NCBI GenBank assembly: GCA_021324235.1
Contig: JAJPJM010000050.1
Span: 1 to 61,308 of the forward strand
DNA: 61,308 bases
Source: Verrucomicrobiota bacterium
GTDB lineage: Bacteria > Verrucomicrobiota > Verrucomicrobiia > Limisphaerales > UBA11358
Reading direction: 5' to 3'
Below the pieces are notes generated by a model. The model was given only the letters and a program-made list of their open reading frames with translations, was not told the DNA's origin and did no database searches. Of the stretch, positions 8,210 through 17,870 are shown one piece after another (positions within the stretch are counted from its first letter, which is position 1; every line of letters starts with the position of its first letter). Position numbers and translations under genes: made by a program.

Positions 8210-8983
8210 TTACGTTGCCAGCGCGGCGAACAGGTGGTGCAACTCTTCGTTCACCTCGCCGGGATTGGCCACCGTCTGGGCGATTTCGTCGCGTAACAAC
8301 TGGCGATAGCGCTGGCGCAGGCGATGCACGGCGGACTTCACCGTGCCTTCGTTGACCCCGAGTTTCACCGCGAGTTCCGCATAAGGTTGGGCGGTGCGGT
8401 CGCCCACGAGACACGGGTGCAGCGCGGTGAAAAGTTCCGACTTTCCGTCCTGCTCATATTCTGAACGCAGCCGTTGCAGGACCCGATCGAGCAGCGTCAA
8501 CGCCCAGCGCCGTTCGTAATTTTGTTCCGGGGTGGTTTTGTCAACGGGCTCATGACCGTAACGGGTTTCCGCCGTGTCGAACTGCAAGGGCACGGGCGGC
8601 ACGCCGCCGCCGCGTTTTTGCGCCCGCGCCTTGTCCCATTCGTCGGCAAGAAAATGATTCATGGCCGACAACAGGAAGGAACGGAACCGTCCCTTTTGCT
8701 GGTCGGCCCGGCCGACCCAGTTGTGCTCCAGCAGGCGCGCGAAAAATTCCTGGGTGAGGTCCTGGGCGTCCTCCGGCGAATGGCCGCGCCGGCGCACGTA
8801 GGCATACAGGGGATACCAATAAGTCTGGCACAGGTTCGCCAGTGCCGCCTGTGCGCGGGGGGTGTCGTTGTGTCCCGCCGTCAGCACGACGGACCAGTGG
8901 GTGGTGACAAACGCGGGTCGTGGCGGCGCATCATTCCCGGTCAAAGCCGTGCCCGAGGTCTCGGCGGGGGAGGGCGTGCTCAC
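8210..8983 (-). CDS. ECF-type RNA polymerase sigma factor (Ser/Thr-kinase-associated type)
   Basis: 257 aa; FVTTHWSVVL, region 2 SPEDAQDLTQEFFARLLE, region 4 EGTVKSAVHRLRQRYRQLL; lies directly upstream of the kinase on the same strand; no anti-sigma gene. Confidence 0.88.
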   Translation of the reverse strand: MSTPSPAETSGTALTGNDAPPRPAFVTTHWSVVLTAGHNDTPRAQAALANLCQTYWYPLYAYVRRRGHSPEDAQDLTQEFFARLLEHNWVGRADQQKGRFRSFLLSAMNHFLADEWDKARAQKRGGGVPPVPLQFDTAETRYGHEPVDKTTPEQNYERRWALTLLDRVLQRLRSEYEQDGKSELFTALHPCLVGDRTAQPYAELAVKLGVNEGTVKSAVHRLRQRYRQLLRDEIAQTVANPGEVNEELHHLFAALAT

Positions 8984-9034
8984 GCCGCCAGATTAGCGGC
9001 TGGCGCCGAAAGCGCAAGCGAGAGTCGGGCGGCC

Positions 9035-9259
9035 TTATGGATGCGGCGATGCGGTTTGCCCACGGCCTCTTTGGAAGAACACGATGTAAAGAATGGGCAA
9101 AATGCCGACGGTGTTGAAGATGGCCAGACAGATGAACCACGCCAACTGGTCGTGGCGCGCGCTCTTCCACAGGGCAATCAACTTCCAGACGCCGTCCCAG
9201 ATGGTCAAAAGGATGATGGCGATGACAAACGCGATGAGCAGTGGACCTTTCATATTCAT
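9035..9259 (-). CDS. Small two-TM membrane protein (DUF5652-like, tentative)
   Basis: 74 aa starting at ATG 9259 (MNMKGPLLIAFVIAIILL...WKSARHDQLAWFICLAIFNTVGILPILY); the longer ORF to 9421 would overlap the upstream kinase. Confidence 0.6.
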   Translation of the reverse strand: MNMKGPLLIAFVIAIILLTIWDGVWKLIALWKSARHDQLAWFICLAIFNTVGILPILYIVFFQRGRGQTASPHP

Positions 9260-9287
9260 TCGTGGGTTGATATCAGGGTTGACCGAA

Positions 9288-12200
9288 TCATTTGATGAAA
9301 TAGCCGGCAGATTTCCACTGTCCATCTTTTTCCCGCATGAACGTGACAGTTTCAATTGTGGTTTTTTTATTGGCGAATGAAGTCGCAAATTGCATGACGA
9401 CATATTGACCATCGGGCGCACCGGGCAGTTCTGTCATCAGTTGTGCGGATTTGACTTCACGCGAAACCAGATTGCCCAGCGGTTTGCGGAAAGTGGTCGT
9501 CGCATTTTCCCAGGCGGTTTCGGTGACGGCACCCTGGACAATGGCTGAAGCTTCTTTCCAGCTTTCGGAATAATTGCCGCGGTCAATCAGCGCCAGCCAT
9601 TTCCCGGCAATGACGACGGCGTTCGTTGCGGCTTTCGGCACGGCGGGTGTTACCGGGAGTCCGGTAACCGGATCAATGGTTCCGGTTTCGCCGGGTGACA
9701 TTGGCAGACCGGTGGTGGGATCGATGGAGGTGTTGGTCACAGCCGCGGGAAGCGGGAGTCCGGTGGTGGGATCAATGGTCGTGCCGGGTGCCGCGGGTCG
9801 TACCAGCTTATAACGGACCTTCACGCCACGCGAGTCGCCGGCAAAACCGGGAATTTGCAAAACACCTTTCCCACCTTCCCGGGTTTGAAAGATAAACGTA
9901 TCGGTCTGGCCGGGGATGGCGCTGAAGACTTTCTGTTGCTGAGGCTCCGCTTGCAGCAGCGGCCAATCGTGAATCACGTCGGCGGGAGTAACCATGTCCC
10001 AGCCATTGGTCGGTGCCGGTGCGATGATCATGTCAATGCCCAGCAGCGTCGGGAAATGTTTGGCGGATGGGGTTGTGACCACATCCAGGCCATGGGCGCG
10101 GATCCAGTCGTAACTGCTGCGGCTCTGCCAATCCAACGTCGAATTGGTCAGGACCCTTCCGGAATCCAGATCCAGCCAGCCGAACAAGGCGTTGGGTTGA
10201 GGGTTGAAAGGGAGCATGCGCTCCTGAACGGGAGAAAAATTCCAGGCCTCGGACGTTGGCGTCGTCGTCCGGTTCAGGCAATCGACAATTTGATCAATCT
10301 CGCTGGCATCCATTGAGCCATTCACCTGGCATTCGCCGCCGGGAATAACCGACTGAATTACCGGGGCGGACAGCACCCGGCCACGAAAGACGATAGCCAG
10401 TTGGCGGCCGATGTTGGCTGCCGTGATGGCTTCAAATTTCCTGGCGCCGGTGTCGGTGAAACGAATTTCAATCATCCGCCTTCCGAAGGGGTCAAAATCC
10501 ACACCGGCCTGGGCGATGGCGGTGTCATCGAGCAAAACCTGGCGCGCGAGTTGAAACCGCTCGCGGCCGGAAACCGCCGGCAGATCGTCCGCCGGTTCGG
10601 TTGAATCTTTTGGCAGGACCAGTCGAAATTGGAGTGTGGAAGCCGGCGCATTTCTTTCCCGCCGGATCACAACATCAAAACGCTCGCTGAATTGTGCAGC
10701 AGGAGTGGTGTTGGTAATCCAGCCCGCTTTGCTCTCTTCCAACGCCTCGGCCATGGTCCCAAAATAAATCGAGGCGAAGGGGTGGCCGTCAGCATACATC
10801 GAGACGTGCGGCAGGCCGGGAACGAGATAGGGATGAATCAGTTCAAAATCACCGCGGCCTTTGGAAATTTGCATCTGCTCTTTGAGACCGACGGGAACGG
10901 CGATGTTGTTGGTGGTGGTGATGTAAAGTGCCAACAATGCTTGATTGTGACTGACCAGGTGGTAATGGCCTCTGACCGTCATCTGATTTTCGGTTCGTTC
11001 GACCGAGGTGATTTCAATCAAGTCGTCCCCGGGGAACCAGGTCTGGCCGATGTAATCGGATTTAATCGGATGAAAATGACCGGCAATCAGATGCGAAAAG
11101 ACGGTCCGCGTCAACTCGTAGGACAGAATCAGGACAAAAATGAATGCCGCAAACTTCCACGCGGAACCGAAGCGCGCCGGCCGGCGGTATTCCGGATTCC
11201 TGTCTTGTTGATTCGCCTCAAAGGCCGCACGCACCTCGCGACGGAACAAAAGGATCAACGCCCAGATGCCAAAAGGCAGGCCAAGGATTGCGCCCGGCCC
11301 GGTGACGGCGGCCACAATGCCCGCCGCGATGCTGAACGGATAATTTCGCAGTTTCATCATCCTGGCGGCGCCGAGCAGAACGATGACACCGGCGATCGAG
11401 AGCAAGGCGGCTCCAAAACCGACCGCCGCATAACCGGCGGGATCACCTCCTTCGTGGGCGATGGCCGGCATGGCGAAGATCAGTAATCCCAGGCTGAAAA
11501 GCAATTGCAGTGCGCCGGCAGCAACCAATCCCCGGGCCGGGATTTTCAATTGGTTCCGGGCTGCTTCGATTTGCGCCGCCGTGATTGGTTCCGCGGAACC
11601 GGCGCCGGCGGGCGTTGTCGCAATCGTTTCGACTGCGGTCTTCACCTGGCTCACGTGCTGATAGCGGCGGCCGGGTTCCTTTTCCAGGGCATGCAGAACC
11701 ACTTCATCCAGTCGTACGTCGATTTGTACTTTGGCCGACGGCGGCTGAAATTTTCCCAACGGCAGTTCGCCGGTGAGCATTTCGTAGAAAACCACGCCGA
11801 GGGAATAAATGTCCGCGCGATGGTCCACCGTCAACGGTTTCTCGATCTGCTCCGGCGCCATGTAATGTGGCGTGCCCACCGCGTCCTTCGCGCCGGTGAG
11901 CGTTTGTTGCCCGGGCTCGTCGCCCATCATCTTCGCAATGCCAAAATCGGCAATTTTCACCCGGCCGGATTTGTCGAGCAGGATGTTTTCGGGCTTGATG
12001 TCGCGGTGGACGATGCCTTGTTCGTGAGCGTATTGGAGCGCCTCGCAAATCTTCGGCACAATCGTCAACGCCTGATCCGGTTTCATTTTTCCGGTCTGCA
12101 GCAACTGCCGCAGGTTCAGGCCGTCCACAAATTCCATCACCAGATAACAAATGCCCGCCCGCTTCGCCGAAGTCGTGGACGGTGACGATATTAGGATGGT

Positions 12201-12759
12201 TCAGCCGCGCCAGGGCCTGGGCTTCGCGTGTGAACCGCCCGGCGAACTGCGCATCCTGCTCCTTTTCCCGGGCCAGGATTTTGAGCGCGACGAAGCGGTT
12301 CAAGCGCGGTTGCCGCGCCTTATAGACAACGCCCATGCCACCCCGGCCGAGGCATTCGAGAATTTCCAGTTGCGGAAACAGCGCGGCGATTTCGGCCGTC
12401 GAGGGCGGCGGATGAACGACCTTGGTTCCGTGCGGGCCGGATGTGCGCGGTCCCTCCGTTTGAGTGGCGAGGCCGGCCTTCAGCATGCATTCGGGGCAAA
12501 TCCCGCCCAGTGCCGTTGGCGGCACTGGCTTTCCGCAATGCGGACAATTACTCTGAGGTGCTTGGGCGGTTTGGGCGGGTGCTGAGGGCGTTGGCACCAC
12601 CGGCGGATTGGGCGGAGGCGGTTGGCGCCGTCGGAGCAGCAGGTAAATAATGCCGCAGATCACTGCGACCATCGTTAGCGGCAGCACGAAACCGACGAGG
12701 ATGAAAATCATCGTCTCCCATCCGCCAAAGAATGCAGCAAACAAAGGATGTGGCGTCAT
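9288..12759 (-). pseudogene. Membrane Ser/Thr protein kinase interrupted by a 1-nt frameshift (pseudogene or sequence error)
   Basis: ORF 11704-12759 gives TM + CPHC..CPEC + kinase N-lobe up to [14 protein letters not shown] 9288-12140 continues [12 protein letters not shown]...[14 protein letters not shown] in another frame. Removing one T in TTGTTAT (12144-12150) restores [11 protein letters not shown], matching the paralog at 4692-8081. Confidence 0.85.
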
Positions 12760-12915
12760 AATCGTTCTCCTGATTTAAGGATTTTCACGTTTCAGGTTGT
12801 TCATTCACCACATACAAAGGGAGAATCAGCCAAAGGTTACAGGGCTGTACCCGAAAATCGAAGGCCGAATGCTGAAAGCAGCCTGAACAATGACCGCAAT
12901 AAATCGCTTTTTCGC

Positions 12916-13722
12916 TTATTCCCCTGCCAGCGTGCGGAACAAATACCGCAGTTCATCCTCGACTTCGTCCGGGCCCGACACGGTGTCGGCGATGGTGTCG
13001 CGCAGCAGCGCGCGGTAGCGCTGGCGCAACCGGTGCACGGCCACTTTGATCGCGCCTTCGCTCATGTCCAGTTGCCGGGCCAGTTCGACGTAGGGCGCGG
13101 CGTCACTTTTTCCGGCCAGTGTGACCCGCAACGTTTCGAACAGCGCCGCTTTACCCTGCTCGCGATATTCCTTCCCGAGGTGCTGGTAAACCTGTTCGAG
13201 CAGGGTGATGGCCCAGCGATGTTCGAAGGCCTTTTCCGGCGTGAACTTTTCCACCGGGATTTCGCCCAGTCGCGTCTCGGCGCTTTGCAGGTCGAGGGAG
13301 ATTACCTTTCCGCCGCCCCGTTTCCGGGCGCGCACCTTGTCCCATTCGTCGGCGAGAAAATGGTTCAAGCTGGCCAGGAGGAAGGAACGGAACCGGCCTT
13401 TTTCCGGCGCGACCGTGGCGACGGCGTTGCGTTCCAGCAATCGCGCGAAAAATTCCTGCGTGAGGTCCTGGGCGTCCTCAGGCGAATACCCGCGCCGCCG
13501 CACGTAGGCGTAGAGCGGAGGCCAGTAGGCCTGGCAAAGGCTTTCGAGCGCGGCCCGGGCGCGGGTCGTGTCACTGCGTCCCGCGGTCAGTACCACCGAC
13601 CAGTGCGTGGTGACAAATACGGACTGCGGCGGCGGATTTCCGGGCGCGGTCGTTCCCGGCGGGGTTGCTGGGGTGGCAGTGCTCACCGGCGGCGAGCCTA
13701 ACGCGAACCGGCCAAAGCGCAA
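12916..13722 (-). CDS. ECF-type RNA polymerase sigma factor, paralog of 8210-8983
   Basis: 268 aa; the same FVTTHWSVVLTAG, SPEDAQDLTQEFFARLLE and VAVHRLRQRYRALL blocks; upstream of the second kinase. Confidence 0.88.
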   Translation of the reverse strand: MRFGRFALGSPPVSTATPATPPGTTAPGNPPPQSVFVTTHWSVVLTAGRSDTTRARAALESLCQAYWPPLYAYVRRRGYSPEDAQDLTQEFFARLLERNAVATVAPEKGRFRSFLLASLNHFLADEWDKVRARKRGGGKVISLDLQSAETRLGEIPVEKFTPEKAFEHRWAITLLEQVYQHLGKEYREQGKAALFETLRVTLAGKSDAAPYVELARQLDMSEGAIKVAVHRLRQRYRALLRDTIADTVSGPDEVEDELRYLFRTLAGE

Positions 13723-13728
13723 GCCCGC

Positions 13729-14745
13729 TCAACCCCGGAGCTTTTTGCACGCGAACTCAAAAACCGCCGTGGGGGAAAGCGCGTTCAGACACTCGTTCGG
13801 TTTTACGTAAGTGCAATGCGATTTGAGGCAGGGCGAGCAGGGCAGGTCAATCCGCAATACATCGTCCAAATGACCGTAAGGGCCGGTGCGGCGCGGTTCG
13901 GTCGGGCCGAAAAGGGCGACCAGCGGTTTGCCGAGTGCCGCTGCCACGTGCATCGGGCCGGTGTCGTTGGTAATCATCAAATCGCATAGCCGCACCCACT
14001 CGACCATTTCCGGCAGCGACGTCTGGCCGCACAAGTTGAAACAACGTTCCGGGTCGGCGTCCTCGATGAATCCGCCTGCCGGCTTGTCCTCTTGGCTGCC
14101 CAGAATGGCGAAGCGCGTGGCGGGAAATTTCTCCATCAGGAGCCGGACCAGCCGGGCAAAGGATTCGACCGGCCAGCGCTTGTTGGGCCAGCGCGCGCCG
14201 GGTTGAATCGCAATCCAGCGGGCGTTGCCGGTCTGCCATTTGGATTTGATCGCATCGGCGACTTGCGGTCGTTCGGGCAGCCATTGGAAATGGTCATGGA
14301 CGGGCACGCCCAGGTGCGGCAGCACGGCCAGATACCAATCCACGGCGTGGGTGTGGAACGACGCGCGGCGGACCGCCAGATCGTAAAAGCCGCGCGCGCC
14401 TTCGCGGACTTCGTCGAGGCCGATGAGAAATTTGCCGTTGGCGAGCCATGCGAACGTGCCGCTGCGTGCCAGGCATTGCAGGTCAATCACCCAATCGAAG
14501 TGTTGTTCGCGCAACCAGCGGAGGCTGCGGAACATTTCCGGCCAGTGCCGGGGGGCGGCCCAGCGTCGGCGTTCAAAGCGGACGACCCCGGTCAGGTCCG
14601 GATCGTCTTCGAGCAGCGGCGCGAAAAGGGAATCAATCCACCAGAAAATTTCAGCTTCGGGTCGATGGCGTTTGAGCAGCCGCAGGACGGGCAACGCCTG
14701 GACCACGTCGCCCAGCGAACTGGGCTTGAGAATGAGAATTTTCAA
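13729..14745 (-). CDS. Glycosyltransferase family 9 (LPS heptosyltransferase-like)
   Basis: 338 aa; MKILILKPSSLGDVVQALPVL N-terminus and TNDTGPMHVAAALGKPLVALFGPT C-terminal signature of GT9. Confidence 0.88.
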   Translation of the reverse strand: MKILILKPSSLGDVVQALPVLRLLKRHRPEAEIFWWIDSLFAPLLEDDPDLTGVVRFERRRWAAPRHWPEMFRSLRWLREQHFDWVIDLQCLARSGTFAWLANGKFLIGLDEVREGARGFYDLAVRRASFHTHAVDWYLAVLPHLGVPVHDHFQWLPERPQVADAIKSKWQTGNARWIAIQPGARWPNKRWPVESFARLVRLLMEKFPATRFAILGSQEDKPAGGFIEDADPERCFNLCGQTSLPEMVEWVRLCDLMITNDTGPMHVAAALGKPLVALFGPTEPRRTGPYGHLDDVLRIDLPCSPCLKSHCTYVKPNECLNALSPTAVFEFACKKLRG

Positions 14746-14756
14746 TTTTTACCGGC

Positions 14757-14809
14757 CACAGATTGACACAGATGAACACGGATAAAAAACCAAAACGGAA
14801 TCATCTGTG
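14757..14809. repeat. Phased CAC[A/G]GAT octamer array with hairpin (REP-like intergenic element)
   Basis: CACAGAT at 14757, CACAGAT at 14767 and CACGGAT at 14777 (exact 10-bp spacing), with inverted ATCTGTG at 14803-14809; 9-bp stem CACAGATGA (14767-14775) / TCATCTGTG (14801-14809). Confidence 0.8.
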
Positions 14810-14844
14810 CCACGCCGTGTTTGGCTGCAGCCCTGATTGAAAAA

Positions 14845-15567
14845 TCACCGTCCCAATTCCAGCCGTTCGGCGAGGCGCTCGGGCAGGCCGGCGGCGCGGA
14901 TTTTTTTCTGGGCGGTGGCGATGTCGTATTCGAGCCGGCGCAGTTCGATGGTGCCGGCGTCCGCGTCATAAATGACGTAGGCCGCCTTGGGATTATTATC
15001 GCGCGGCTGGCCGACGGCGCCGACGTTGATGAAATATTTTTTGGCCGGGTCAATTTTGAATTTGGAATAGGTGCCGCCGCGCACGACGGTATCGCGCATG
15101 AAGGCCACGGGCACGTGCGTGTGGCCGAAGAAACAGAGCTGGGTGTTCTGGTAGGGGAAACTGGCGGCCGCCGCGAGTTTGTCAAAAACGTAGCCCCAGC
15201 GTTGAGGGGCGTCGAGCGTGGCGTGGACGATGGTAAAATTGTGGACCAGTTTGGTATATTTTAGTTCGCGGAGCCACAGGCGTTCCTCGGCGGAAAGCTG
15301 GGCGCGCGTCCAGCGGACGGCTTCGGCGGCATTGGGGTTGAACCCTTCCAGATGGTCGTCGGTGGAGCAGTATTCGTCGTGGTTGCCCTTCACGCACGGG
15401 ATGTCCATGTCACGGACGATCTTGAGGCATTCCTTGGGATTGGCGTTGTACCCGACGACATCGCCGAGGCAGACGTAGTGCGTGGGCTTCTGTTGTTCGG
15501 CGTCCGCCAGGACGGTGTGGAACGCCTCCAGGTTGCCGTGAATATCTGCGATGATGGCGAATTTCAT
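14845..15567 (-). CDS. Metallophosphoesterase family protein
   Basis: 240 aa; MKFAIIADIHGN, GDVVGY, GNHD and GHTH motifs of the calcineurin-like phosphoesterase fold. Confidence 0.88.
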   Translation of the reverse strand: MKFAIIADIHGNLEAFHTVLADAEQQKPTHYVCLGDVVGYNANPKECLKIVRDMDIPCVKGNHDEYCSTDDHLEGFNPNAAEAVRWTRAQLSAEERLWLRELKYTKLVHNFTIVHATLDAPQRWGYVFDKLAAAASFPYQNTQLCFFGHTHVPVAFMRDTVVRGGTYSKFKIDPAKKYFINVGAVGQPRDNNPKAAYVIYDADAGTIELRRLEYDIATAQKKIRAAGLPERLAERLELGR

Positions 15568-15573
15568 TTGGGT

Positions 15574-15852
15574 CTATCGAACAATCTCAAATCCATGTAA
15601 TGTGTTTTGCGCGTCGCTCCACGCGACCTGTTCGTCGCGGATCAGTCCGGAAACTCCGGCGTCACGGATCGCCATACGAAAGGCTTCCAGTTCCGCGCGC
15701 GCGCCTTCGGCGATCAATTCCACGCGACCATCCGGCAGGTTGCGTACCGTGCCGGTCACTTCAAACCCGGCGGCCACGGTCTTCGTCGTATAACGAAACC
15801 CGACACCTTGCACGTGGCCTGAGTAAAAAATGTGCATGCGACAACGCTTCAT
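15574..15852 (-). CDS. acyP: Acylphosphatase
   Basis: About 92 aa from ATG 15852 (alternative ATG 15837); SGHVQGVGFRY...GTVRNLPDGRVE signature; the longer ORF to 15921 is probably an over-extension. Confidence 0.85.
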   Translation of the reverse strand: MKRCRMHIFYSGHVQGVGFRYTTKTVAAGFEVTGTVRNLPDGRVELIAEGARAELEAFRMAIRDAGVSGLIRDEQVAWSDAQNTLHGFEIVR

Positions 15853-16069
15853 GCCGGGTGTGGTCCACCACCGCTGGTCCAGACACGGTGGGATAAAGCC
15901 AAAGCTGGCGGCGCGGCGCAATATTTTATTGCAAGATTTACCACGGACATTTTTCCAAGTTTTGTATTTGACCGTCCAGAAAATTTACAGTAAGCAACAC
16001 GGGCTGCACATGTAAGAATGATACGGGCTCAGGCGTCTATGGTCGGCAGCGCACGGCGCAAACACTGCA

Positions 16070-17869
16070 ATGCTGAATGCAAAGTCATTTTTGGCGGTCG
16101 ATTTTGGGGCGGGCAGCCTCAAGTTGGCGACTTTTGAAATCAATGAAGTCGGCGGTCTGTGCCTGAAAGGCTTCACCCTGAAATCGCTGGGACCGGAAGG
16201 TGCGGCCGAAGCCACGCGCGAAGCCGTCCTGCTCAAGGTCCTGCGGGAGACCCTGGCGGAAACCGGCGTGTCGGCCCGGAACATCAATGTCTGCGCACCG
16301 GGTTTTCAGGTATTTTCCAAATTCGTCAAACTCCCGCCGGTGGACGCGGGCAAGGTGACGCAAATCATCCAGTACGAGGCCCAACAAAACGTGCCGTTCC
16401 CGCTGGCCGAAGTCGTGTGGGACTATCAGATTCTCGGTTCCAGTTCGACGGGCGAACTGGAGGTATTGTTGGTGGCAATCAAGTCGGAGATCGTCGAGGG
16501 ACTGTTCCGCATTGCGGAGGAGGCGAAGTTGCGGTTGCAATTGTGCGATGTTTCACCGGCGGCCCTGTGCAATGCGTTTCGCTTCAATTACGGGGATTTG
16601 GAGGACTGCACGATGTTGCTGGACATCGGGGCCAAGACCAGCAACCTGCTCTTCTTTGAAAAAGGCAAGGTTTTTTCCCGCAGCATCAGCCTCGGCGCCA
16701 ATTCCATCACCCAGGATTTTGCCAACGAGGCGAAGTTGAAATTTGAAATCGCCGAGCAGATCAAAGTCGCCGAGGGTTTCGTCAGCCTGGGCGGCGCGTA
16801 TGAAGAGCCGGAGAATCCGAATCAGGCGGCCATTTCCAAGATCGCCCGGCAGTTCATGACGAAGCTGCACATTCAAGTCAACCAGACCATCCAATTTTAC
16901 CGCGGCCAGATGGGGGGAGCGGCGCCCCAGCGGCTTTTTCTGGCCGGCGGCGCCGCCATCATGCCTTACACGGCGCAATTCTTCGCCGAAAAACTCAACG
17001 CGCCGGTCGAATACTTCAATCCGTTCCGCAATGTGCAGATTGATCCGTCGGTAAACCTGGAAGAATTGGCGCGCGTGGCGCATGCTTTGGGTGAAGTGGT
17101 CGGCCTGGGCCTGCGTAATCTGGCGAATTGTCCGGTGGAGATGAATTTGATGCCGGAAAGCACACTGCGCTGGCGGACGTTCAACGAAAAGAAACCGTAT
17201 TTCATCGCCACCGTTTTCAGTCTCGTGGCGGTGGCGTTTGCGGTCGGGTTCCTCTTTGAAAAACTGGCCATCTCGAAAGAAGCGGAACTGGACAAACTCC
17301 AACCGGAGGTGCAGCAACTCCAGGAGCGGGCGGATGCGTTCAACCGGATTTACTCGCAAGTCGGCGCCACGCGGAAGGAAGCCGATCAAATCGCGGCCTG
17401 GATGGGGGATCGGTATTATTGGGGCGACGTGCTGGCTGAATTGCGGCGGGTGTTGGTTCGTGCCGAAAACGGCGTGCAGAAGAAGCTGTCGGCCCAGCGG
17501 GCCGGCGTGCAGGCCGGCATCTGGATCGAACAGTTGATCACCACGGCCCCCGCGGGGTCGGGTCCGAATTCTTTAGCGGGTTTTAACGGCGGAGCGCCGG
17601 CCAACACGGAGAACCCGATAACGAGCCCGGCCCAGCCGCAACCCAATCAAAGCGGCGCCATCACTCTCATTTGCCGGGCGGTGAGCTTGTCCAAGGTGGA
17701 TCCGGCGGCGAACAGCGACATTGCCTACACTGTGGAAAATGAATTGCAGGCCAGCCCCGATTTTGATCCCAAAGCGACGCAACTCACCGGCCAGATTAAT
17801 GCGGAGGATGCCTCCGGCACGTTCACCTTCGGGATTTCGGCCGTGCTTAAAAACCCACTGAATTTTTAG
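16070..17869 (+). CDS. PilM-like actin-fold ATPase fused to a PilN-like TM/coiled-coil segment (Amuc_1101-like)
   Basis: 599 aa; FLAVDFGAGSLKLA phosphate-1 motif and DIGAKTSNL; TM helix KKPYFIATVFSLVAVAFAVGFLF followed by a coiled coil; first gene of the pilus-like locus. Confidence 0.8.
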   Translation: MLNAKSFLAVDFGAGSLKLATFEINEVGGLCLKGFTLKSLGPEGAAEATREAVLLKVLRETLAETGVSARNINVCAPGFQVFSKFVKLPPVDAGKVTQIIQYEAQQNVPFPLAEVVWDYQILGSSSTGELEVLLVAIKSEIVEGLFRIAEEAKLRLQLCDVSPAALCNAFRFNYGDLEDCTMLLDIGAKTSNLLFFEKGKVFSRSISLGANSITQDFANEAKLKFEIAEQIKVAEGFVSLGGAYEEPENPNQAAISKIARQFMTKLHIQVNQTIQFYRGQMGGAAPQRLFLAGGAAIMPYTAQFFAEKLNAPVEYFNPFRNVQIDPSVNLEELARVAHALGEVVGLGLRNLANCPVEMNLMPESTLRWRTFNEKKPYFIATVFSLVAVAFAVGFLFEKLAISKEAELDKLQPEVQQLQERADAFNRIYSQVGATRKEADQIAAWMGDRYYWGDVLAELRRVLVRAENGVQKKLSAQRAGVQAGIWIEQLITTAPAGSGPNSLAGFNGGAPANTENPITSPAQPQPNQSGAITLICRAVSLSKVDPAANSDIAYTVENELQASPDFDPKATQLTGQINAEDASGTFTFGISAVLKNPLNF

Positions 17870-17870
17870 C

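Noticed and set aside
12135-12160. Programmed ribosomal frameshift in the second kinase
   Set aside because: There is no slippery X-XXY-YYZ heptamer, no downstream structure that I can see, and no precedent in this family. An indel (mutation or sequencing error) is the simpler explanation.
15922-16069. Promoter (sigma-70 or sigma-54) for the pilus-like locus
   Set aside because: The candidate hexamers (TTGACC...TAAGCA, TTTACA...) have poor -10 matches or wrong spacing. Every TGGCAC match I saw in the window lies inside a coding region and lacks a TTGC element at the correct spacing. No call made.
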